The notes: generated by a model not told the origin, from the letters alone. Positions 30,994 through 42,876 are shown, numbered from the stretch's first letter. The stretch is 64,000 nt of DNA from an uncultured Peptococcaceae bacterium (GCA_964569265.1 CAZMTO010000004.1:5988-69987), one strand, 5' to 3'. Translations and numbers: made by a program.

Positions 30994-32880
30994 TCAGCCT
31001 TTATTCTGCCGGTGCAAATATTCATACAAATTGGCAGCTGCGCGGCGATTCATACCGGGGGTAAGTGCCAATTCTTCTTCGGTGGCCGCCATAATATGCT
31101 CTAAAGAACCAAAAGTTTTAAGCAAAGCCGTGCGCCTTACCTCACCGATACCCGGTATATTGTCAAGGGCGCTGGCCTTTTGGCCTTTTTCTCTAAGCCG
31201 CCGCTGATACGTTATGCCAAAGCGGTGGGCTTCGTCGCGCACACGCTGCAAAAGCTGCAAGCCGTGGTTGCTTTTGGGCAAAATTATCGGCTCGCTGTTA
31301 TGCGGCCTGTACAGCCATTCGTTTTCTTCGGCCAAACCAAACACCGGTATATTTAAACCCAGCGTTTCCAAAATATCCACCACTACCGCCAACTGCCCCT
31401 TGCCGCCGTCTATCAGCAGCAGGTCGGGCCATTCGGCCATAGGGGCTTCCTCCGGCTTTAGCTTACCGGCTTTAAGCTCCTCGCGCTGACTTAACCCCCA
31501 GCCTATACGCCGTGCCACAGCCTCGCGCATTGCCATATAATCATCGCCGTTGGTTTCGCCCTTTATACGCATATGGCGATACAGCGCCTTGGCCGGCTTG
31601 CCGCCAACAAAGGTAACCATAGCCGATACCGTATACGTGCCCTGCCAATGGCTGTTATCAAAACATTCTATACGCCACGGGGCTTTGGGCAGCTCAAGCT
31701 TTTGCCGCAGCTCCTCCAGGGCTTCGCCGCCGGCAGCACGGGCATAAGCCTGCTCCTCAATTTCGCGGTTTAAAACAATTTTGGCATTTTGCTCCACCAA
31801 AGATAACAGCCGCTTTTTTTCGCCTATTTTTGGCGCATTTAGCTGCACCTTGCCGCCGCGTTTATCGCTAAGCCAGTTAGCCAGCTCGGCCATATCCGGC
31901 CCCTCGCAGGACAGGCAAACCTCCGGCGGTATAAAATCTACGCCGCTGTAGTACTGGCAAATAAACGCCGCCAGCACCTGCCCGGCATCGTTGCCCGTGG
32001 GGTTTTGCAGAAAAAAGTGTTCGCGCCCCACCACTTTGCCTTCCCGCACAAAAAATATCTGTACAGCGGCAATATCGTTATTGCTTTGGTTAACATCGTT
32101 GGGTATGGCCACCGCCAGCATATCACGGTTATCACTGCCGGCATCCATATACTGGCGGCTTTGCACCAGCTTCACCGCCTGAATACGGTCACGCAGCGTG
32201 GCAGCTTCTTCAAAACGCATTTCGTCAGACGCCTGCTGCATTTGGCGGGTTAGCCGTGTGGTTATCGCCGCCGATTTTCCCTCTAAAAACAACTGCACCT
32301 GTTCACACATTTCGCGATAGGCAGCTTTATCTACCTTGCCGGTGCAGGGTGCCAAACACCGCCCTATATGCGCGTTTAGGCAGGGGCGGCGCTTACGTTT
32401 AAGGTCGGCACCGTTGCAGGTTCTAAGCGGAAAAATATCGGCAAGCAGCTTTTGTGTCAGCTTCATAGCACCGCTGCTTACATAGGGGCCAAAATAACGG
32501 TTGCCGTCGTTTTTTACCGAACGCACCATTATCAGCCGCGGATATTCCTCTGTCACCGTTAAACACAGGTAGGGGTAATGCTTGTCATCGCGCAGCAAAA
32601 TGTTGTATTTGGGGTTATACTCCTTAATAAGGTTACATTCCAGCACCAACGCTTCTTCGGCGCTTGTCACCACTATCCATTCCAAATCCTGCACAAAGCG
32701 CATTTGCACGGCAGTTTTGGGGGCCAGGCGGCCTTCGGCCTGAAAATATGATTTTACGCGATTTTTAAGGTTTTTGGCCTTGCCGACATAAATCACCTGC
32801 CCGTCTTTGTCGCGCATTATATACACGCCCGGGTCATCCGGAAGTTCCTGTAACTTTTGCTTTAACCTGGGATTTACCAC
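30994..32880 (-). CDS. uvrC: Excinuclease ABC subunit C
   Basis: GIY-YIG N-terminus (GVYIMRDKDGQVIYVGKAKNL); C-terminal HhH. Confidence 0.95.
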   Translation of the reverse strand: MVNPRLKQKLQELPDDPGVYIMRDKDGQVIYVGKAKNLKNRVKSYFQAEGRLAPKTAVQMRFVQDLEWIVVTSAEEALVLECNLIKEYNPKYNILLRDDKHYPYLCLTVTEEYPRLIMVRSVKNDGNRYFGPYVSSGAMKLTQKLLADIFPLRTCNGADLKRKRRPCLNAHIGRCLAPCTGKVDKAAYREMCEQVQLFLEGKSAAITTRLTRQMQQASDEMRFEEAATLRDRIQAVKLVQSRQYMDAGSDNRDMLAVAIPNDVNQSNNDIAAVQIFFVREGKVVGREHFFLQNPTGNDAGQVLAAFICQYYSGVDFIPPEVCLSCEGPDMAELANWLSDKRGGKVQLNAPKIGEKKRLLSLVEQNAKIVLNREIEEQAYARAAGGEALEELRQKLELPKAPWRIECFDNSHWQGTYTVSAMVTFVGGKPAKALYRHMRIKGETNGDDYMAMREAVARRIGWGLSQREELKAGKLKPEEAPMAEWPDLLLIDGGKGQLAVVVDILETLGLNIPVFGLAEENEWLYRPHNSEPIILPKSNHGLQLLQRVRDEAHRFGITYQRRLREKGQKASALDNIPGIGEVRRTALLKTFGSLEHIMAATEEELALTPGMNRRAAANLYEYLHRQNKG

Positions 32881-32902
32881 CGCCCTGCCTCCTTATATCA
32901 GT

Positions 32903-35788
32903 CTAACTGTTCAGCTTTCCTTTTAAAAATCTGCCGGTGTAGCTTTCCGGCACATTGCATACTTCTTCGGGGGTGCCCTCGGCCACTATGCGCCCGCCGC
33001 GGCCGCCGCCCTCCGGCCCAAGGTCAATAATATGGTCGGCACATTTAATAACATCCAAATTATGCTCAATAACCAGCACAGTGTTGCCGGCATCGGTAAG
33101 CCGGTTTAAAACCTCCATCAGCTTTTTAATATCGGCTGTATGCAGGCCGGTAGTCGGTTCGTCTAAAATATAAAAGCTTTGCCCCTGGCTGCGGCGAGAA
33201 AGCTCGGTGGCCAGCTTTACGCGCTGAGCTTCGCCGCCGGAAAGGGTGGTGCCGCTTTGCCCCAACTGAATATAGCCCAGACCAACCTCTTGCAGCACAC
33301 GCAGCTTGTTGGCAATGCGCGGCACGTTGGCAAAAAACTCCGCTGCTTCGTCCACCGTCATATCCAGCACATCGGCAATAGATTTACCGCGATATTTTAC
33401 ATCTAAGGTTTCGCGGTTATAACGCTGCCCCTTGCAAACCTCGCAGGGCACATAAACGTCCGGCAAAAAATGCATTTCTATCTTAATGATACCGTCACCC
33501 TTGCAGGCTTCGCAGCGCCCGCCCGCCACATTAAAGCTAAAACGCCCCGGCTTGTAGCCGCGCATTTTGGCATCGGGCAGTTGAGCAAACAAATCACGTA
33601 TAAGCCCAAACAGCCCGGTATAAGTGGCCGGGTTAGAACGCGGTGTGCGGCCAATGGGGCTTTGGTCAATGTCAATAACCTTGTCCAAATACTCCAAACC
33701 TTCAATAGCGCGGAATTTGCCGGCCGTAATATGCGCCCGGTTAAGCTTATGCGCCAGCGTTTTATACAAAATTTCGTTAACAAAGGTACTTTTGCCGCTG
33801 CCGGATACCCCCGTTACGCAGACAAATTTGCCCAGCGGTATAGTAACGTCAATATTTTTAAGGTTGTTTTCTTCGCAGCCCAGCACACGCAAAAAGTTAC
33901 CGTTACCTTTTCGGTGTCGGGCAGGCACTTCAATTTTTTCCCGCCCGGCAAGGTAATTGCCGGTTATGGAATTTTTGTTGGCCATAACCTGTTTGGGCGT
34001 GCCGGCAGCCACCACACGGCCGCCCTGCGCCCCGGCACCCGGGCCGATATCTACTATATAGTCGGCATTTAGCATAGTTTCGTCATCGTGTTCTACCACA
34101 ATAACCGTGTTGCCAATGTCCCGCAGGCGCTTTAAGGTGTTTATAAGCTGTTCGTTATCGCGCTGGTGCAGGCCGATAGAAGGCTCATCTAAAATGTACA
34201 GCACCCCCACCAGAGAAGAACCGATTTGCGTAGCCAAGCGTATGCGCTGTGCCTCGCCGCCGGAAAGTGTACCGGCAGAGCGCGAAAGTGTCAGGTAATC
34301 CAACCCTACATTCATCAAAAATTCCAGGCGGGCTTTAATTTCTTTTAACACCATATGCACAATGCTTTCTTCACGCTCGGTCAAAATCAGGCGCTCAAAA
34401 AAGTCCTTGGCTTCGTATATCGTCATATTAGACAACGTGTCGATGTTTACTTCGGCCGACTTACCGTCTGCCTTTTGGTAACACAGGGTAACCGCCAGCA
34501 CTTCGGGTTTAAGGCGAGCGCCGTGGCAGTCCGGGCAGGGGCTTTCTACCATATATTTTTCAATTTCTTCACGTATAAACTCCGACGTGGTTTCGTGGTA
34601 GCGGCGCTCCAGATTATTTACCATACCCTCCCACGGGGTGTTCATTATTTTGCGATGATGGTTGTAGTCAATATATTCAAAACTCAGCTTGTCATCGCCG
34701 GTGCCGTAAAAAATCAGGTCTAAATGCTCCTTAGATAACTCTCCTACCGGCACATCCAAGCTAAACCCGTACTTTTTGCTCATAGCAACAATAAAGCGAA
34801 AATACCAGCCGCCGTAGTTTTCGCTCCAATGCGCCAGGGCACCCTCACGAATCGACAAAGCATCGTTAACTATCAGCAGATTGGCATCTACTTTCATTCT
34901 AAAGCCCAAACCGGAACAGCTTGGGCAGGCACCAAAGGGGTTATTAAACGAAAACATACGCGGCGTAAGCTCATCAAGGCTAATGCCGCAATCCGGGCAG
35001 GAAAGATTTTTGTTAAAGCGAAGCTCCTGCTGCCGGGTTTCCTCCTCGCCGTTATCGTTAACAAACCTGCCGTCAAGCAACACCAGCAGTTGTCCGCCCG
35101 ACATTTCCATCGTCACCTCAATAGATTCTGCCAGCCGTTTGTTTATGCCGTCTCGCACCACCAGGCGGTCTACCACCACCTCTACAGTGTGCTTTTGCTG
35201 CTTGTTTACGGTAATTTCCTCGTCAAGGGTTCTAACCTCGCCGTCTAAGCGTATACGCAAATAACCGTCGCTTTTAATTTGGGCAAACAGCTTCTGAAAT
35301 TCTCCCTTGCGGCCCTTTACCATAGGCGCCAAAAGCTGCAATTTTGTACCCTGCGGCAGCGCCATAAGCTTATCAACTATTTGGTCTACCGTTTGCGATG
35401 CTATGGGCTTGCCGCACTTTGGGCAATGCGGATGCCCCACGCGGGCAAACAACAGGCGCAGGTAGTCGTGAATTTCGGTCACAGTACCAACAGTGGAGCG
35501 CGGGTTGCGGTTGGTGGTTTTCTGGTCTATGGCAATAGCCGGAGAAAGCCCCTCGATGCTGTCAACCGCGGGTTTTTCCATCTGCCCCAAAAACAGGCGC
35601 GCATAAGACGATAAGCTTTCCATATAGCGGCGCTGCCCCTCGGCATAAATGGTATCAAAAGCCAGAGAACTTTTGCCGCTGCCGGAAAGACCGGTTATTA
35701 CCACCAGCGAATTACGCGGCAGCTTTACGTCAATGTTTTGCAGGTTGTGCTGACGCGCACCTTTTACATAGATATAGTCGTTTTTCAT
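32903..35788 (-). CDS. uvrA: Excinuclease ABC subunit A
   Basis: Two ABC modules ([22 protein letters not shown]) and zinc fingers. Confidence 0.97.
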   Translation of the reverse strand: MKNDYIYVKGARQHNLQNIDVKLPRNSLVVITGLSGSGKSSLAFDTIYAEGQRRYMESLSSYARLFLGQMEKPAVDSIEGLSPAIAIDQKTTNRNPRSTVGTVTEIHDYLRLLFARVGHPHCPKCGKPIASQTVDQIVDKLMALPQGTKLQLLAPMVKGRKGEFQKLFAQIKSDGYLRIRLDGEVRTLDEEITVNKQQKHTVEVVVDRLVVRDGINKRLAESIEVTMEMSGGQLLVLLDGRFVNDNGEEETRQQELRFNKNLSCPDCGISLDELTPRMFSFNNPFGACPSCSGLGFRMKVDANLLIVNDALSIREGALAHWSENYGGWYFRFIVAMSKKYGFSLDVPVGELSKEHLDLIFYGTGDDKLSFEYIDYNHHRKIMNTPWEGMVNNLERRYHETTSEFIREEIEKYMVESPCPDCHGARLKPEVLAVTLCYQKADGKSAEVNIDTLSNMTIYEAKDFFERLILTEREESIVHMVLKEIKARLEFLMNVGLDYLTLSRSAGTLSGGEAQRIRLATQIGSSLVGVLYILDEPSIGLHQRDNEQLINTLKRLRDIGNTVIVVEHDDETMLNADYIVDIGPGAGAQGGRVVAAGTPKQVMANKNSITGNYLAGREKIEVPARHRKGNGNFLRVLGCEENNLKNIDVTIPLGKFVCVTGVSGSGKSTFVNEILYKTLAHKLNRAHITAGKFRAIEGLEYLDKVIDIDQSPIGRTPRSNPATYTGLFGLIRDLFAQLPDAKMRGYKPGRFSFNVAGGRCEACKGDGIIKIEMHFLPDVYVPCEVCKGQRYNRETLDVKYRGKSIADVLDMTVDEAAEFFANVPRIANKLRVLQEVGLGYIQLGQSGTTLSGGEAQRVKLATELSRRSQGQSFYILDEPTTGLHTADIKKLMEVLNRLTDAGNTVLVIEHNLDVIKCADHIIDLGPEGGGRGGRIVAEGTPEEVCNVPESYTGRFLKGKLNS

Positions 35789-35834
35789 AATTTACCTCGG
35801 TTTATATTACAATTACACATACACAGCAAATATC

Positions 35835-36360
35835 AGGTTGGCGGCCTTTGTACGCCTTGCGGCGCGGCTTTTATAAATTTTTTTCAATCAAGGCTGAATA
35901 GACGTTTGTCTTGTCCCGCCCACCGCCCTATATACCTTGGCAGGCAGCCTTGATTGAAATTATAAGACAACGTAGATGTGGTGCTATTGTCAATTCCGCT
36001 TTAAAAAGCCGCGCTAAAGTGGGTTTTATCTATTCCCGCCCACCGCCCTACATACGCCGTGCGGCGCGGCTTTTTGCAGCAAGGATTTCACACCCAAAGT
36101 CAAGGAATTGCAAGAGTGGTACCAAAACCTTTGTTAGTATGCCAGAAGGGCAAATGTGCGCCATATGCAAGGAGTGATTGTATTTTGTCGAGCAAGCTGC
36201 ACTGATAGTGCGCGTCGCGAGCAAAATATAAGCACGACACAGCAGATGGCGTGCAGTTGTCCCTTCTGGAGACGAGTCGCCGGAGGCGTACTGACAGTAC
36301 GCCGACAAGTGAGGAGACTGACGACAAAGTAGATGTGCCGCTATTGTCAATTCCGCTCTT
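35835..36360. repeat. Composite dispersed repeat element, copy 2 (larger), in the uvrA-uvrB spacer
   Basis: Same modules as 3485..3790, plus an internal 12-bp inverted repeat CAATCAAGGCTG / CAGCCTTGATTG flanking a CCCGCCCACCGCCCTATATACC unit. Confidence 0.7.
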
Positions 36361-38342
36361 CAAGTCTGGCTTTTAAGCTCCATAATAAGATCCCTCGCCT
36401 CCGCCGCTTTCTCAAATTCCAGCCGGCGGGCAGCTTCCCGCATTTCTTTTTCTAACTGGCGAATCACCTTGTCACGCTCACGCTTGCTCATCTTGGCAAA
36501 CTTTTCGGGTTTAGCCGTTGCTTCTTCGTCGGGCAAAATGGCGCTTATCAGGTCGCGCACGTCCTTTTTAACAGTGTGCGGCGTTATATTATGCTCAGTG
36601 TTATACGCCGTCTGTATGGCACGGCGGCGCTCGGTTTCGTCAATGGCCGTTTGCATCGAATCCGTCATATTGTCGGCGTAAAGTATTACACGGCCGTTTT
36701 CGTTACGGGCAGCACGGCCAATCGTCTGTATAAGCGAACGGTGCGAACGCAAAAACCCCTCTTTATCGGCATCTAAAATAGCCACCAGCGATACTTCGGG
36801 TATATCCAGGCCCTCGCGCAGCAGGTTAATGCCCACCAGCACGTCAAATTCACCAAGGCGCAAATCCCGCACAATCGCCATACGCTCCAGCGTTTTTACA
36901 TCACTGTGCAGGTAACGCACCTTTACACCTGCCTCGTTAAGATAATCGGTCAAATCTTCGGCCATACGTTTGGTAAGCGTGGTAACCAGCACGCGCCCGC
37001 CGGCCGCTGTGGTTTTGGTTATTTCGTTTAAAAGATGGTCTATCTGGTGTTCTATCGGGTGAATTTCTATTAAAGGGTCTAACAAACCGGTAGGCCGCAG
37101 CACCTGTTCCACCACCTGCGGCGAATGTTCCAGCTCGTAATCGCCGGGTGTAGCCGATACATAAACCGCCTGATGAATACGCTCCTCAAATTCTTCAAAG
37201 CGCAAAGGCCGGTTATCTATGGCCGATGGCAGCCTAAAGCCGTATTCTACCAGCGATTCTTTGCGGGCACGGTCGCCGGAATACATACCGCGCACCTGCG
37301 GCAGGGTAACGTGGCTCTCGTCCACAAACAGTATAAAATCATCGGGAAAATAATCCAGCAGAGTATAGGGCGCTTCGCCGGGCTGTCTGCCGTCCATATA
37401 GCGCGAATAATTTTCTACCCCCTGGCAGTGGCCTATAGCCTCCAGCATTTCCAGATCAAAGCGGGTGCGCTGTTCCAGCCGTTGCGCCTCTAACAGCTTG
37501 TTTTGGGCATTAAGCTCCGTCAGGCGTTCGTCTAATTCTACCCTGATATCGGCAATGGCACGCTCCATAGTGTTATCGCCCATAACATAATGGCTGGCCG
37601 GGAATATGCTGGTATACGGCAGGCGGTGTACCACCTCGCCGGTAACATTGTTAACCTCGGATATCGCTTCGATCTCATCTCCAAAAAATTCTACGCGCAC
37701 CAAAACATCGCTGTAGCCACTGGGGAATATCTCCACAACGTCTCCCTTAGCGCGAAAAGTGCCGCGGTGCAGGTCAACATCGTTGCGGGTGTACTGATCA
37801 TCTATCAGGCGGCGCAGCAGGTGGTCACGCTCCATTTGCTGGCCCACGCGCAGCGATATCATCATCTCCTGATAAAAGGTCGGTGAACCTAAGCCGTATA
37901 TGGCCGAAACCGATGCCACCACAATAACGTCACGGCGTTCTAACAGGGCGGCAGTGGCCGAATGGCGCAGCTTTTCTATCTCGTCGTTGATGGCGGCATC
38001 CTTGGCAATATAGGTGTCAGAACGGGCAATGTATGCTTCCGGCTGATAATAATCGTAATAGCTTACAAAATATTCCACCGCATTCTCCGGGAAGAATTCT
38101 TTAAACTCGCCGTAAAGCTGTGCCGCCAGCGTTTTGTTATGCGCTATAACCAGAGCAGGCCGCCCGGCACGTTCTATAACATTGGCCATAGTAAATGTTT
38201 TGCCGCTGCCCGTAACACCCAAAAGTGTCTGGTGCGGTGCCCCGGCGTTTATACCGGCTACCAGTGCATCCACCGCCTGCGGCTGGTCTCCGGTAAGCTT
38301 ATAATTGCTGTGCAGCTTAAACGGCACCTCTTTATATGCCAT
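36360..38342 (-). CDS. uvrB: Excinuclease ABC subunit B
   Basis: [23 protein letters not shown] start; GVTGSGKT Walker A. Confidence 0.97.
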   Translation of the reverse strand: MAYKEVPFKLHSNYKLTGDQPQAVDALVAGINAGAPHQTLLGVTGSGKTFTMANVIERAGRPALVIAHNKTLAAQLYGEFKEFFPENAVEYFVSYYDYYQPEAYIARSDTYIAKDAAINDEIEKLRHSATAALLERRDVIVVASVSAIYGLGSPTFYQEMMISLRVGQQMERDHLLRRLIDDQYTRNDVDLHRGTFRAKGDVVEIFPSGYSDVLVRVEFFGDEIEAISEVNNVTGEVVHRLPYTSIFPASHYVMGDNTMERAIADIRVELDERLTELNAQNKLLEAQRLEQRTRFDLEMLEAIGHCQGVENYSRYMDGRQPGEAPYTLLDYFPDDFILFVDESHVTLPQVRGMYSGDRARKESLVEYGFRLPSAIDNRPLRFEEFEERIHQAVYVSATPGDYELEHSPQVVEQVLRPTGLLDPLIEIHPIEHQIDHLLNEITKTTAAGGRVLVTTLTKRMAEDLTDYLNEAGVKVRYLHSDVKTLERMAIVRDLRLGEFDVLVGINLLREGLDIPEVSLVAILDADKEGFLRSHRSLIQTIGRAARNENGRVILYADNMTDSMQTAIDETERRRAIQTAYNTEHNITPHTVKKDVRDLISAILPDEEATAKPEKFAKMSKRERDKVIRQLEKEMREAARRLEFEKAAEARDLIMELKSQT

Positions 38343-38543
38343 AATGTCACCCCGCTTATCAAATTTTGCTTATCATAGTATTATAACATATTATATATAT
38401 TTTTTCTACCCTGTTAGCTGTGCTAAATGCACGTTGGCAATATTTTACCCGGTTTTTTGCTGTGTATTGCCTGTGTGCCGCACTTTATGGTATAATATAA
38501 ACAGTGTTATATAACAATTAACTACATAATGGAGGTATGTGAT

Positions 38544-38687
38544 ATGGCGATGGGAGCAGGCTTGGGTATGTTTTCGATGATGTGGTTTGCAATATGCTTT
38601 GCCATAAGTGTTTTGGGCGTTTATGCATTGGTGCTGGCCATAAAGGCACTGCGTATTTATATTGACAAAAACACCCGCGGTTACTAA
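38544..38687 (+). CDS. 47-aa hydrophobic small membrane protein candidate (below the ORF-track cutoff)
   Basis: GGAGG 8 nt before the ATG; MAMGAGLGMFSMMWFAICFAISVLGVYALVLAIKALRIYIDKNTRGY; followed by a terminator. Confidence 0.3.
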   Translation: MAMGAGLGMFSMMWFAICFAISVLGVYALVLAIKALRIYIDKNTRGY

Positions 38688-38696
38688 AAAAATTAA

Positions 38697-38730
38697 GCTC
38701 CCCGCGCACAGGCAGGGAGCATTTTTATTT
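38697..38730. terminator. Bidirectional intrinsic terminator
   Basis: GCTCCC-N12-GGGAGC hairpin with T-tracts on both strands. Confidence 0.6.
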
Positions 38731-39234
38731 GTCAAAGTATTTAATTTCGCCGCTGATATTGCTGCCGCTTACCGTTAAAATGCCGTAAGACGGGCGTTTA
38801 ATTTCTCCTAACGGGCGCTGCGCCGAACCGGGATTAAACAGCAGCATACCGTCTGTCACCTCGTTCATTGGCACGTGAGAATGACCGAACACCAGCGCGT
38901 TTATCGGTTTATCGGCAAAGGCCATATTTACCGCCAGCCGGGCGCATTGTTCGGCGTTTTTGCCAAACAAATGGCCGTGCGTAACCCCAATAAAGCAATC
39001 TTCGGCAGCCACCCGGCGCATAAGCCCCAGTTCGGCCACCAGCGCTGCATCATCACAGTTGCCGGCCACACCTTCGCACCGGGCAATACGGCTTAAATAG
39101 CCCCAAAGCTGCAGGCTTGTCCAATCGCCGGCGTGCAAAATAAGGTCGGGCTTTTCAGCCTCAACAAGCTCCAGCACCTTGGGCAGCTTTTGCCCCGGCA
39201 GCCAGTGGGTATCCGACAAAACAGCTATCTTCAT
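38725..39234 (-). CDS. Metallophosphoesterase (YfcE/MJ0936 family)
   Basis: MKIAVLSDTHW, HAGDW and GHSH motifs; start MKIAV is 7 nt after AGGAGG. Confidence 0.75.
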   Translation of the reverse strand: MKIAVLSDTHWLPGQKLPKVLELVEAEKPDLILHAGDWTSLQLWGYLSRIARCEGVAGNCDDAALVAELGLMRRVAAEDCFIGVTHGHLFGKNAEQCARLAVNMAFADKPINALVFGHSHVPMNEVTDGMLLFNPGSAQRPLGEIKRPSYGILTVSGSNISGEIKYFDK

Positions 39235-39335
39235 AAACATACCTCCTTGTTATCCCAATAATATACCCCTATAATTTGCCCAATAAAGCAAAAAGAACCT
39301 GCACGGAGCAGGCTCTTTTTTCTGTTATGCTTTTA

Positions 39336-39533
39336 TTACAGTTTAACCACATTGGCCGCCTGCGGGCCACGGGCGCCTTCTACCTCGTCAAATTCAACCT
39401 CCTGGCCTTCGTCCAGCGTTTTAAAGCCTTCGGACTGAATAGCGGAGAAATGCACAAAAACATCATTGCCCTCGGCCTTTTCAATAAAACCGAAACCCTT
39501 TTCCGCATTAAACCATTTAACCTTGCCTTTCAT
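39336..39533 (-). CDS. csp: Cold-shock protein (CspA family)
   Basis: [17 protein letters not shown] with RNP1/RNP2 motifs; GGAGG 8 nt before the ATG (the ORF-track start is too far upstream). Confidence 0.9.
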   Translation of the reverse strand: MKGKVKWFNAEKGFGFIEKAEGNDVFVHFSAIQSEGFKTLDEGQEVEFDEVEGARGPQAANVVKL

Positions 39534-39728
39534 TACAAAACCTCCTTGGAGTAAACTTACATTGCTTATTATATGCGATTTGGCAAAACTTTGCAAGTCC
39601 GCAATAAAAATCTTTATCGACACATTTTGGCAGACAGCATATTGCACATTACCACCGGATAGATTATAATAAATATATTGGGGTTTATGTGCATAAACAC
39701 TGCACATTTATTGGGGGGGTAAAGGTAT

Positions 39729-40271
39729 TTGAGTATTACGGAAATTCTGCTTATTGGTATTGCCCTTTCTATGGATGCCTTTGCGGTATCAGCCGTTAGC
39801 GGTATGAGCATTAAAAACATAACCAGGCGTGACATTTTGCTGTTAGCCTGCGCCTTTGGCGGCTTTCAGGGGCTAATGCCGCTTACCGGGTTTTATGCCG
39901 GCAACCTGTTTGGCGTGTTTATGGATACCTGGGCGCCGTATATTGCCTGTGGCCTGCTGCTTATAGTAGGCGGCAATATGATATGGGATACCCTAAAGGG
40001 TGACGCCGAAGCGCTTTCGGCCATTACGGTAAAGTTAGTGCTTATACAGGCTGTGGCCACCAGCATAGATGCTCTGGCGGTGGGTGTTAGTATGGCAGCC
40101 GCCGGCAACGTAAACATATGGCAGGCAGCAGGGCTTATTGCCGCCACCACATTTTGCCTTACTATATTGGCGGTAAAGGTAGGCCAGCGCCTTGGTGCCG
40201 CCCTGGCAGAAAAAGCCGGTCTGTTAGGCGGTATCATCTTAATAATTATCGGTATTAAAATGCTGTTTTAA
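39729..40271 (+). CDS. mntP: Manganese efflux pump MntP
   Basis: ALSMDAFAVS (twice); six TM helices; ~180 aa. Confidence 0.85.
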   Translation: MSITEILLIGIALSMDAFAVSAVSGMSIKNITRRDILLLACAFGGFQGLMPLTGFYAGNLFGVFMDTWAPYIACGLLLIVGGNMIWDTLKGDAEALSAITVKLVLIQAVATSIDALAVGVSMAAAGNVNIWQAAGLIAATTFCLTILAVKVGQRLGAALAEKAGLLGGIILIIIGIKMLF

Positions 40272-40287
40272 GCATTGCCGGCCGTCA

Positions 40288-40322
40288 GCCTTCTCCGTTG
40301 GGGGGAGGCTTTTTTTGCAGCC
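40288..40322 (+). terminator. Rho-independent terminator
   Basis: AGCCTTCTCC-N4-GGGGGAGGCT (two G-U pairs) plus T7. Confidence 0.6.
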
Positions 40323-40406
40323 TTGACACTGCCAAAAGGTTGTTTTATACTGATAAAAACGACAAAATTACCGTCAATACCGTATAAACCGTTTAAGGAG
40401 AATATT

Positions 40407-41879
40407 ATGACCAAATGCCTAATGATACAGGGTACAATGTCCGGTGCGGGCAAAAGCCTTACGGTTACCGCGCTGTGCCGCATATTTTTGCAGGATGGCT
40501 ACCGGGTTGCACCGTTTAAAAGCCAAAATATGGCGCTTAACAGCTATATAACCCCCGACGGGCTGGAAATTGGCCGCGCACAGGCCGCACAGGCCGAAGC
40601 TGCCGGCAAAGAGCCGGATGCCCGTATGAACCCGGTGCTGCTAAAGCCCTGCGGAGATTCTACCAGCCAGGTTATAGTAAACGGCCGCGTTAGGGGCAAT
40701 TACCCTGCCGCCGAATATTACAAAATGAACCCCACCCTGATACCCGACGTTTTGGCCGCATACAACAGCCTTGCCGCCGAAAACGACATCATTGTGATAG
40801 AGGGCGCCGGCAGCCCGGCAGAAATTAACCTACCGCCGGACAAATTTGTTAATATGGGGCTGGCCGATTTGGTAAATGCCCCGGTGGTGCTGGTGGGCAA
40901 CATAGAACCCGGCGGCGTGTTTGCTCAGCTTTACGGCACCATTGGCCTGTTGCAGCCGCAGCACCAAAAGCGCATTATCGGTACAATTATCAACAATTTT
41001 CGGGGTGATGCTTCGCTGCTTACGCCCGGTTATGCTATTTTAGAGGAGCTTACCGGCAAGCCGCTGCTGGGCGTTGTACCGCACTGTAACGCCGATATAG
41101 ACGATGAGGACAGCCTTAGCGAACGTTTGGGGCAGCAAAGCCACGATAAACCTCTGGATGTTGCTGTTATCCGCCTGCCGCATATATCTAACTTTACGGA
41201 TTTTTCACCGCTGGAAGAACACCCGGCCATTGGTGTGCGCTATGTTGACAGCGCCAAAAAGCTGGGCGACCCCGACCTGATAATTCTGCCCGGCACCAAA
41301 AGCACTATGGACGACTTAAAATGGCTGCGGCAATGCGGTCTGGCGCCCCAAATTATCCGCAAGGCTGCCAATGCCTGCCCGATAATCGGGGTATGCGGCG
41401 GCTACCAAATGCTGGGAGAAGAAATAAGCGACCCGGTAGGTGCCGAAGGCGGCGGGCAAATGGCCGGGCTGGGGCTGCTGCCTATGCGCACCCAATTTGC
41501 CGCCCAAAAATCGCGCACACGGGTTAGTGCCCAAACCGTTTGCGCCGGGCTGGGCAATGCAACGCTGGATTGCTACGAAATTCATATGGGGCAAACCACC
41601 GGCACCGCACCCGCCTTTGCCAAATTATCTAACGGCAAATTAGACGGCGCTGTGCAGGGCAATGTGTTTGGCACTTATCTGCACGGCCTGTTTGATACCG
41701 GCGAGCTTACCGCCGCGCTGGCCGCTATGCTGTTGCAGCGCAAAGGGCTTAACCCCGATTGTATTAAACCGGAGCCGCGCGATAAATACCGCAACCGTCA
41801 GTATGATATTTTGGCTGATACCGTGCGCAGCCACCTTGATATGGACAAGCTCTACCGGCTGCTGAACACCTGGCAGTAG
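40407..41879 (+). CDS. cobQ: Cobyric acid synthase
   Basis: MTKCLMIQGTMSGAGKS start and C-terminal glutamine amidotransferase domain (GVCGGYQMLG); promoter TTGACA-N17-TATACT at 40323..40351. Confidence 0.9.
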   Translation: MTKCLMIQGTMSGAGKSLTVTALCRIFLQDGYRVAPFKSQNMALNSYITPDGLEIGRAQAAQAEAAGKEPDARMNPVLLKPCGDSTSQVIVNGRVRGNYPAAEYYKMNPTLIPDVLAAYNSLAAENDIIVIEGAGSPAEINLPPDKFVNMGLADLVNAPVVLVGNIEPGGVFAQLYGTIGLLQPQHQKRIIGTIINNFRGDASLLTPGYAILEELTGKPLLGVVPHCNADIDDEDSLSERLGQQSHDKPLDVAVIRLPHISNFTDFSPLEEHPAIGVRYVDSAKKLGDPDLIILPGTKSTMDDLKWLRQCGLAPQIIRKAANACPIIGVCGGYQMLGEEISDPVGAEGGGQMAGLGLLPMRTQFAAQKSRTRVSAQTVCAGLGNATLDCYEIHMGQTTGTAPAFAKLSNGKLDGAVQGNVFGTYLHGLFDTGELTAALAAMLLQRKGLNPDCIKPEPRDKYRNRQYDILADTVRSHLDMDKLYRLLNTWQ

Positions 41880-41975
41880 CACACACAGTTTTTACATAAC
41901 TTTACACAATTATGATAGAACTTTACAGCAAATATGCTTAAAATAATATTATAAACAGAAAGAGAGGAGAGAAAT

Positions 41976-42806
41976 TTGACGAACGATAAAAATTATACCA
42001 ACTGCACCATTGATTTTAATCAGAAAAAAGGCTTTATATGCGATATGGACGGTGTTATTTACCACGGGAACCAGGTGCTGCCCGGTGTAGCCGAATTTAT
42101 ACAGTGGCTGAACGATGAGCATAAGGAATTTTTGTTTTTAACCAACAACAGCAACTACACCCCGCGTGAGCTTAACCAAAAGCTGGCGCGTATGGGGCTT
42201 GATGTGCCGGAAAAGCATTTTTATACCAGTGCGCTGGCCACTGCTGCCTTTTTAAAAGAACAGGCTCCGGGGTGTTCGGTGTTTGCCATTGGCGAGGCCG
42301 GGCTGCTTAATGCGCTTTATGATGCCGGCATAACCATGAACGACGTTAACCCGGATTATGTAGTGGTAGGCGAAGGCCGCACCTATTCGTTAGAATCTTT
42401 AACCAAGGCTACCAATTTGGTGCTAAAAGGTGCCAAGCTTATCGGTGCCAACTCCGATGTATCCGGCCCGATAGAACACGGCATTGCCCCGGCCTGCCGC
42501 GCGCTTATTGCCCCTATTGAAATGGCCACCGGCAAAGAAGCCTACTTTTGCGGCAAGCCCAACCCGCTGATGATGCGCACCGGTCTTAATCTGCTGGGGT
42601 GCCATTCGGGAGAAGCCGTTATGGTGGGCGACCGTATGGACACCGATGTGGTTTCGGGTATGGAAAGCGGTATGTCTACGGTGCTGGTACTTTCCGGCGT
42701 TTCTACCGTTGATACCTTGAAAACCTATGCTTACCGCCCCGGCGCAGTGCTAAACGGCGTAGGTGATATCCCGGTTATCGCCAAAAACAGCCGCACCGCC
42801 CTTTAA
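41976..42806 (+). CDS. HAD-superfamily hydrolase, subfamily IIA (NagD/YutF-like sugar phosphatase)
   Basis: TTG start after AGAGGAGAG; DMDGVIY motif I; GDRMDTD motif IV. Confidence 0.8.
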   Translation: MTNDKNYTNCTIDFNQKKGFICDMDGVIYHGNQVLPGVAEFIQWLNDEHKEFLFLTNNSNYTPRELNQKLARMGLDVPEKHFYTSALATAAFLKEQAPGCSVFAIGEAGLLNALYDAGITMNDVNPDYVVVGEGRTYSLESLTKATNLVLKGAKLIGANSDVSGPIEHGIAPACRALIAPIEMATGKEAYFCGKPNPLMMRTGLNLLGCHSGEAVMVGDRMDTDVVSGMESGMSTVLVLSGVSTVDTLKTYAYRPGAVLNGVGDIPVIAKNSRTAL

Positions 42807-42839
42807 ACCGCCAACAAATATCAAAGCTATACATAAAAA

Positions 42840-42876
42840 CTCCCCTTGCCACAAACCGCAAGGGGAGTTATTTTTA
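42840..42876. terminator. Bidirectional intrinsic terminator
   Basis: CTCCCCTTGC-N8-GCAAGGGGAG hairpin with T-tracts on both sides. Confidence 0.75.

Noticed and set aside
38343-38460. LexA (Cheo) box upstream of uvrB and uvrA
   Set aside because: No GAAC-N4-GTTC / CGAACRNRYGTTCG match seen by eye in either upstream region. It could exist in a degenerate form and needs a motif scan.
40272-40406. Cobalamin riboswitch in front of cobQ
   Set aside because: The leader is only ~55 nt after the promoter, too short for the aptamer, and has no B12 box.
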